A DNA stretch of 64,000 nt, from NCBI RefSeq assembly GCF_009914755.1, contig NC_060925.1. One strand, given 5' to 3'. Positions within the stretch are counted from its first letter, which is position 1. Each line of letters starts with the position of its first letter. A program made the position numbers and the translations under genes. Below the pieces are notes generated by a model, which worked only from the letters and a program-made list of their open reading frames with translations, was not told the origin of the DNA and made no database searches. Origin of the DNA: the human T2T-CHM13v2.0 reference genome, Homo sapiens. Positions 56,759 to 64,000 of the stretch are shown here, one piece after another.

Positions 56759-58356
56759 TTGCAGAAGTTTTTTTTCTGTTTTAAGGTTTGCAGAAGCTAA
56801 AGCATTTTCCCAAGATTACACAGATGTTAAGTTCTAGGGGTGGGATCAAAACCCAGGCTTTCATTAACTTTGTGCTATGTGGCTTGGCTACATGAGATTA
56901 TCAGCACATTCCCTTCCAGTAATGAGAGCCTACGTATACCATTTATAATTTAATCTCTGAATTGAAGATTAATACCTTGATCATGGATGATATTCTTCCC
57001 AAATGAGCACCAGTTTCCAGGGAAGTTATAGTTAAAGCTATTGCACATTATGACATTTACTTGTTCAAACTCACTTATCATTGGCAAGATAAAGTCTCAA
57101 CTTTTTACCATGGCACTTAATGCATTTTAGGATCCAACCTCATCTCTTAATTTTATACATTAGAATATTTTTTGTCTGTGTATTTCCTTCTCTTTAGAGT
57201 CTCCTTTTGTCTGTTTATTTCCTTCCCAACCTCCTTGCTTTCAAACATGTTCTATCTCTATAATAAAAATCCATTGGTCTGTCTATCTGTTTGTCCATCT
57301 GTCCATTCATTCATCCACCCATCAACTACATCTCAGATCAACTACATGTCAGAACGGTGTTTATATCAGGGAACAATACCCTGCCTTACCACTTGATAGT
57401 CTCACAAAAGAGAACACATAAGTAAACCTATCTAATTCGTACCTATTATGCAGGATACAGGCCCAGTTCTTTCATCTCCCATGAAGGTGCCCTAAGTTTT
57501 CTGGCCCCTCTTTATCTCTTTTGCCTGTCACTCTTTCAGCGCTATGGCCCACATCATAATCACTGTTTAGTGAAACCTCATTTCAGACGGAGGTTAGCTT
57601 CCAAAATCAGCATGAAAGGACAGAACAGTCAAAATGGCCCCTGTAAATCCCTTAGGAAGATGGTGCCATGTGGAGACTGACTAATGGGCCATCACAGCAA
57701 GTTTATCCTCCATGTTGAAACAGATTGCCGTTTCTTTGATTTAAATGCCAGAGAAGAGGTCAGCTTAGATTAGAACCAATCTGTAGGAAAAATGTGTATC
57801 TAGTTAAACACAGCAGTCACCTTACACTCAATCCTACTGAGATGCTCACAATATGAAAGAACAAAGAGCAAGTGAGAGCACAGCAGAACACTGTCCCTTC
57901 ACACTGTCATACTGGGACCTATGTTCATTGAGTAAACGGTGCAAACCATTGCCTGAGCCAGTTAGATTATTCTCTCTCTTTCACATAAATACGCATAGAA
58001 CACGTCTCCACTGACCTGTCTTGTGCTGTCATTTAACTCTTTCAAAGGGATGACTAACCCAGGAGTTCCCAGAGCACATGAATTGCGTCTAACACCACAC
58101 TACCAGTTCCTTGTTGAATAAGATTGTCTTATCAATTCCCTGTTGTACAAGATCCTCTGTGATGTGGTTCCTGTTTACCTCTATAATCCCGTTTCTATAC
58201 CATTTCTATACTTTCTACACTCTAAGTGTACTTATTTCTAGTTTCCACAAATTAAACATGTTGCTTCACACCTCCTGCCTCTACCTAGAGTGTCCCTTCC
58301 CATGCTGTGCTGCAAATGTGCATCTTCAGTACTCATTTCAAATGTTTCCTCTTCGG

Positions 58357-58859
58357 GGATAGGTTGACTGGATCAATACCCCATTCTTCACTCCTTCCTG
58401 CATCCCTGCTTTTTGCCATGAAACTTTCAGCACCCTCCCACTCTGCTTCTGGGCTTGGCCATATTACTTGCTTGGACCAATAAGATGTCAGCAACTGCAA
58501 CACAGTAAAGGCTTGAAAAGTACTGGTGTGATTGGGCTTGTCTTGCTTGTTAGCAGCGACTGTAGGAGAGTGCCCCTGGGCTAGCTTGCTGGATGAGGAG
58601 AGACAGATGGTGCCAAGTCAAGGTGCCCACCATCCCAGCCAACACAATCCTAGATCAGCCAACTGTTAAGCTTCCCCTCAACATGTGAGCCACCCCAGCC
58701 AATATTGCAAAGTTGCCTAGATAGCCTGCAGTCTACTGCAAACATATGAGCAAACCCAGCTGACCCCAGCCCAGATCAGCTGTACTCCACAGACTCATGT
58801 ATGCTATGAAAGTTTTTTGGTTATTATGTAGCATTACTCTAGCAATGGAGAACTGATAC
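58357..58859 (+). mobile_element. MLT1 (G/H-like) MaLR LTR
   Basis: 'gggcttggccatattacttgcttggaccaat' ... 'gcaatggagaactgatac'. Confidence 0.7.
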
Positions 58860-59710
58860 TTCTTTAAAGACTTCCTTGACCCTCCCAAGAAGATGTAACA
58901 ACTTCCTCCTTAGTGCAGCCTCTGAATCTTGTCCTTTCCTCTATTACAAAACTTAACACACTTTACCATTGTAAACATTTGATAAAGGAATAAGTAATAT
59001 GATTATTTATTGTTAAGTTTGGATCTCCTTCTGAGACTAACCTTTTTGAGAACAGGAACATCTTTGTGTGGGAGGTGAGGTATATAATCAGTGTAGTTAT
59101 GGCACATCTGGGTTGGAATCATGGCTCAGCAAGTGGCAAACTTTCTGAGCCCAAGTATCTTGAGCTGTAAAATGTGAGCGGCAGCAGCAACTGTGCAGCC
59201 CTCTTGAGAGAACAGAATGAGAAATCTGTATAAAGTAGCCAGTTGAGTGCCTGACACATCAAAGGTCTCAATAGATATTATTTGGTTAAGTGAGTTAAAT
59301 GAACTGACACTTCTGTGGCAAAATTCTTAGAAGGAGTACACCAAAAATAGAACATCCTTTATCCTATTACCAATTCCTAACATCACACCAGCTGCCCAGA
59401 GCATTCTTTAGCCTCTAATTCAATTTATGACTATGAAGGGTGATGTTTCAATTTACTGAACCCAAGTGTGTAATAAAAAAAGGACCTCTGAGGACTATCT
59501 TTGCAACTTAACATCAGTACGTGTTAAATGCAATTTATTTAATCTTTTCTTTACAACAAAAGTTACACTTTGTTGCTTATAAGTTCACTGCTTCTGAAAC
59601 CCTTCTGAGAAATACAGATTCTTGGTTTGTGCTAATTGCCTGCTCTGGAGCAGTCTAAGTAGCCTCTGTGGTGGGCTACGTTCCTACACAACTAAGGAGC
59701 ATGTACTTAC

Positions 59711-59744
59711 CTCTCTGGAGACAGGGAGCCCTCTTCCACAGTCA
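59711..59744 (-). CDS. FYB2: FYB2 coding exon (~4), 34 nt, VTVEEGSLSPER
   Basis: ctcttgcag|TG ... GAGAG|gtaagt; phase 1-2. Confidence 0.93.
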
Positions 59745-60532
59745 CTGCAAGAGAAAGAGGCGGAATGAAAAAGAGGCATTTGCAGCAGCCTGGTTAAAGT
59801 GAATGATGCTTGTGTGATGACTTGATCCCACAGATAATGTGGAGAGTGGAAGCTTGCCTGTGCCTGAAACATCCCTTACCTCCACCCCAGCACCCAGGGG
59901 ATGCCTGTCCCTGCATTGCAGCACTCACCCACACTTTACAGTACAATTTCTTATTTATGGGTACAATCTCTTGCATTAGACTTTGACCTCCTTAAAGACC
60001 AGAACCCCTGTGGGGTTTATCTCTTAATCTCTCATTTCCATCACAGGACATGGTACAGAGATTATAGCTGCTCAATGTTTGTTTCAAATAAACTTGGACA
60101 TTTACAGAGCACTTCCTGGTATACCAAGCACTATTTAAGCCCTTTCCGGGCATCATGTCTCATTATCCTCACAATAATCCTAAGAGATCAGTGGTATCCC
60201 CATTTTACAGATAAGGAAATTATCCCTATTTTATAGATAAGGAAAATGAGGCTCAGTGATTAACAAACCCAAACTTAAATAGCTAGTGAGTTCAGAAGCT
60301 GGGATCTACAAAGCCCATTTTATGGCAAAAGACTTAGTACTTTGTTCTATGTTGCTGACAAACCTTCTTCTCATTCAGAGAGAATATTTGAGGCCTGAAT
60401 TATTTAATGTTTATAAAAATCACACTTATCCTTCTTTGATTTGGAGCTGTCCATATCAGTAAAGTATACTTATAAGAGCCTATCTCCCCATATAGAATTT
60501 TCTTTTAGGATAAGACTTAAGATGACTTGTAG

Positions 60533-60717
60533 CAGTGGTTCTCAAAGTGTGGTCCATGGACCAGCAGCCTCAGCAACCTCTGGGAACTTGTTAAAAGGCA
60601 AATTATCAAGCTCCAACTCAGACCAACTGAACCAGAAACTGAGAATGGAGCCCAGCAATCTATGTTTTAAAAAGTCCTCTAGGTGATTCTGATGTACACT
60701 CAAGTTTGAGAATCATG
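60533..60717 (+). mobile_element. MER5A
   Basis: CAGTGGTTCTCAAAGTGTGGTCC...AAGTTTGAGAATCA. Confidence 0.88.
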
Positions 60718-60794
60718 AAGTCAGAGTAATTTAACCATGAAGTTGCCCAAAGCAGTTAAAATGAACAAAGACTGTGTTAGCTGTCTCAGTGTAC

Positions 60795-60810
60795 CTGCCA
60801 TCTGCTGGTG
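60795..60810 (-). promoter_or_regulatory. Candidate CTCF motif
   Basis: Minus strand CACCAGCAGATGGCAG matches the core CCASYAGRKGGC. Confidence 0.6.
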
Positions 60811-61508
60811 CTGATGGCCACAGTAAAACAAATGTTAGCACAGCAGTACATTTTGTCCCAAAGTGTATGTTCATCTTGTGTTTCATTAGAGCAAACATAA
60901 GCTAAGGCATTTAAAATGTCAACAAGATCAGATTGTGGTGGGAGTGGTGAGGGATGAGAGGTGTTCCTTTAAATAGAAGAAGACACAAAATAGCACAGAA
61001 AAATGGCTTCCAAAGATGTTTCAGTTTCTGGAAGGGATCAGAGGGTTGGGGGTTGCAGGCTTTCAGTTAATTACCAAAAGCAGATTATGGAGGCCTGAGG
61101 GGCTCCCCCTAAGGATTTCAGGTCAAGTTCACACTGACTTTCTCCCTTTTCACTCCCTCCCCACTTCTCCTGCACAAATGGATTGTGTTGACAACACAGG
61201 TTTGCAGGAAACACAAAGGTTCAGTGACTCCCTGCTCAGCGACTTTCTGTTTTCTTCCTCTTGGACAGATTCCCAGTGATCAAATGCAGTGCTCTCAGGG
61301 GAAGTGGGCTGGTCTAGGAGCGATAAAGGGCCAATTCCCACAGAGACATCGTTTCATGGGCAAGCTGCCACAGCCTCTAGATGAGAATAAGCAGTGATGG
61401 ATGTCCAGCCTCATGGAAAAGCAGCAGCGGCATCGTCACCTGGGAGAGGATGTGGAGACGGAGGTGACTCCTGGTTGGCCTTGTGTAGGGCCCTGTGCAT
61501 TTCCTTAC

Positions 61509-61670
61509 CTTCCCCCTGAGTCTTGGGAACAGCAGCTGGCTGCCTCTGAAAGGCCTGGAGGTTCACGATGGGAGGTCTTGAAGGCTTTGGGGGAGGAGGA
61601 CCCAGGGAGTCGATGGAGGGCAATGGCTTTGTTTTGGGAAGGTGGTGATGCCTGACATCTGGCTGTTTTT
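61509..61670 (-). CDS. FYB2: FYB2 coding exon (~exon 3), 162 nt, phase 1-1, Pro-rich EKQPDVRHHHLPKTKPLPSIDSLGPPPPKPSRPPIVNLQAFQRQPAAVPKTQGE
   Basis: ttgtgttcag|AAAAAC ... GAAG|gtaagg; ADAP-like GPPPPKPxRPP motif; ORF 61411..61680. Confidence 0.95.
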
Positions 61671-63796
61671 CTGAACACAAGACAGTAAAAAATGTAAGTT
61701 ATGATTATTTTCATTTCATAGCTTGTGGGTAAAACTGGTTTCCTTGCCTCCATCTAAGTCCCGTCCAATCTATTCTCCACCCAACAGCTAGAGTGCCCTG
61801 ATCAATACATAAACCTGATCAGTTGCCATGCTGCTGCTTTAAGGATTTCCTCAGCATGACATTGGTTACTCCATCTCTGCCATTTCTACACCACACAGCA
61901 CCCATCTGTGTTTCTAGATTCTTTGTTTGGCATATTATATGTCTTGCTTCCCCCCACTTAAAGCCCAAATATTTTTCACACACATCACTGGCTTCTCCAT
62001 TCTCCGTATTTGATTTAGATAGCCTTAAAAAGCTCTCATATATCCAAAATTTTGTTCATGTTTTTCTTGGTTCTGGAACACTCTTCCCTTTCTTGGCAAA
62101 CTTCAATTCATTCTTTTAAGGCTCTGCTCCAATGACACCTCCTCTAGAAAGCTTTTCTTGATTTCTCACAGGAATCAAGGCCAGAATCAACCTCTGATTT
62201 GTATCCCTGTAGCACATTGTTAATACCCTTACATCAATATCATGGCACATTGGAGGCACTGGTCTATGTTCCCATTTAACAAAGGCTTCTGTGGGTGGGG
62301 ATGGTTTTGTATTGATCCCCCAGCACCAAGCACAGGGCCTACCTCATAGGAGAGAGGCTGTGACTATTTACTGAAAGTGTTCTTCAAGCACTTATGACAT
62401 GCAAATAAGTGGCTCTATAAAAAGGAATAAGAATTGATCTGGGATTTCCAGGGCTCATAGCCTAGGACTGGCTTCAAGGCTGACTTTGTGATATCTGGGC
62501 ACCTGTGTCCTGGAATTTTCCAGGAAAGTTCCAATTTTACATATATTTGTCCTCTGCAGTCTTAAATCCAACTCCAACAGAAAGTCCAATATTATATATG
62601 AAAATCATATCTGCCCTTTACAGTGAAAATAGCACAAAATCTTATGTAATCCAACTGCTTTGATTTTTCATTTATGTAAGACAGTAGTTGACTACATGGG
62701 CCATTCATGTGAAAACTTAAGAAGTGGCCTAGCATTTTGCATATACTCCTGGGAGACTTCCTGCTCTCCTCCACAAGCTGGAAGGGAGGGAAAGCTTCCT
62801 TATTGCTCCACCCACAGCGGGTTACATCCCCAGAAACTCGGGCCCAAAGTTCCTCTCTTCTTAGGCTTGAATTACAAGTAGCGTTGTCAAAAACTTCAGT
62901 CATTATCAAATTAGGAAGAAGACATAGTGAATACTAATTATCACTAATTGGGCTCAGAGTTTTTACCAGGCACTGTGCTAAGTAGTTTACATCCGTTATC
63001 TCACTTAACTTTCTCAGTAGCTCCATCTGGTAGATAATACATTCTTCTTTCCTTTCTCTCATCCATCTTTCTTCCCATACATCTTTCTTCCCATCTGTCT
63101 TTTCTTCTTCCTCATCCCTTCATCAATAACTATTTATTTACTATATTCCAGGTATTGTTCTAGGAAGTGGGGATAGAGTTGAGAACAAGAACATGTATAT
63201 TCCTACCTTCAGGAATTTTTATTCTAATAACAAGAGACTGATGATAAACAAGTAAACAAATAAACAAGAGCATTACAGAGATCCATTAGTTCTATGAAGG
63301 AAATAAGGTAGGATGACAAGTGTGAGCTGTTGATGATGAGGCAGTACACTTTATAGAGAGAGGTTAGAGAAAGCTGACCTCGGAAAGTTTTTTTTGAACT
63401 TAGGCCTAAATGCAGCTACAAAAGCTTAAAGAAAAGAGTTTTTGAGGAAGAGGGAATGGCAAGTGCAAAGGTCCTGAGGCTTGACAAAGCTTATTTAAGG
63501 AACAGCAAGAAATCTAGTGTGTTGACTATGGGCAGAGAGCTCGGGGAAGACAGGTAGGAGATAAGTCAGACACAAAACAGGGACCAGCATGCAGGGCCAT
63601 GAAGACCACAAAGCAAGTAGTTTAGATTCTATTCCAAGTACAAACAGAAACCATACAAGGTTGTAAGGAGATTCATCCATCCAGCCTTCCATCCATTTAA
63701 TCAATCATTCAACAAATTTTTTTTTAGGACTTATTCAATCTGGCGTTTTTCTTCTAGGTGCTAGGGATATGGTAGTAAAAAACTACAGTCCTTATC

Positions 63797-64000
<204 letters not shown>

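Noticed and set aside
57440-57780. Possible minus-strand cryptic exon (tttttcctacag| ... TAG|gtacga)
   Set aside because: Immediate stop in the incoming phase, mediocre donor and no other support.

Overview
Primate (almost certainly human) genomic DNA from the interior of FYB2 (C1orf168/ARAP, an ADAP/FYB-family adaptor) on the minus strand. I traced 13 consecutive internal coding exons (61670 down to 9954). All have canonical AG/GT boundaries and matching phases, and they join into one uninterrupted frame: EKQPDVRHHHLPKTKPLPSIDSLGPPPPKPSRPP...IYDDVEYSRKE...LYEDVYK...IYDDVDLSEKES. The start and the C-terminal SH3 exons lie outside the window. Exon numbers 3-15 come from my recollection of the gene model and are unverified. 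The introns are mostly interspersed repeats: a nested L2>L1MA>(inverted L1PA, THE1/MST LTR) stack, further L1s, Alus, MaLR/ERVL LTRs, Tigger and hAT elements, MIR and L2. Repeat subfamily names are from memory of the consensus sequences. Most ORF-track entries are repeat-derived noise. I see no convincing new biological system. The best leads are candidate unannotated splice events in FYB2, a modular exon layout of the YxDV motifs, several templated-insertion or fold-back scars (including a ~715 bp foreign fragment inside an L1), a hairpin with a telomeric-repeat loop, and an MLT2A LTR with DUX4-type motifs.
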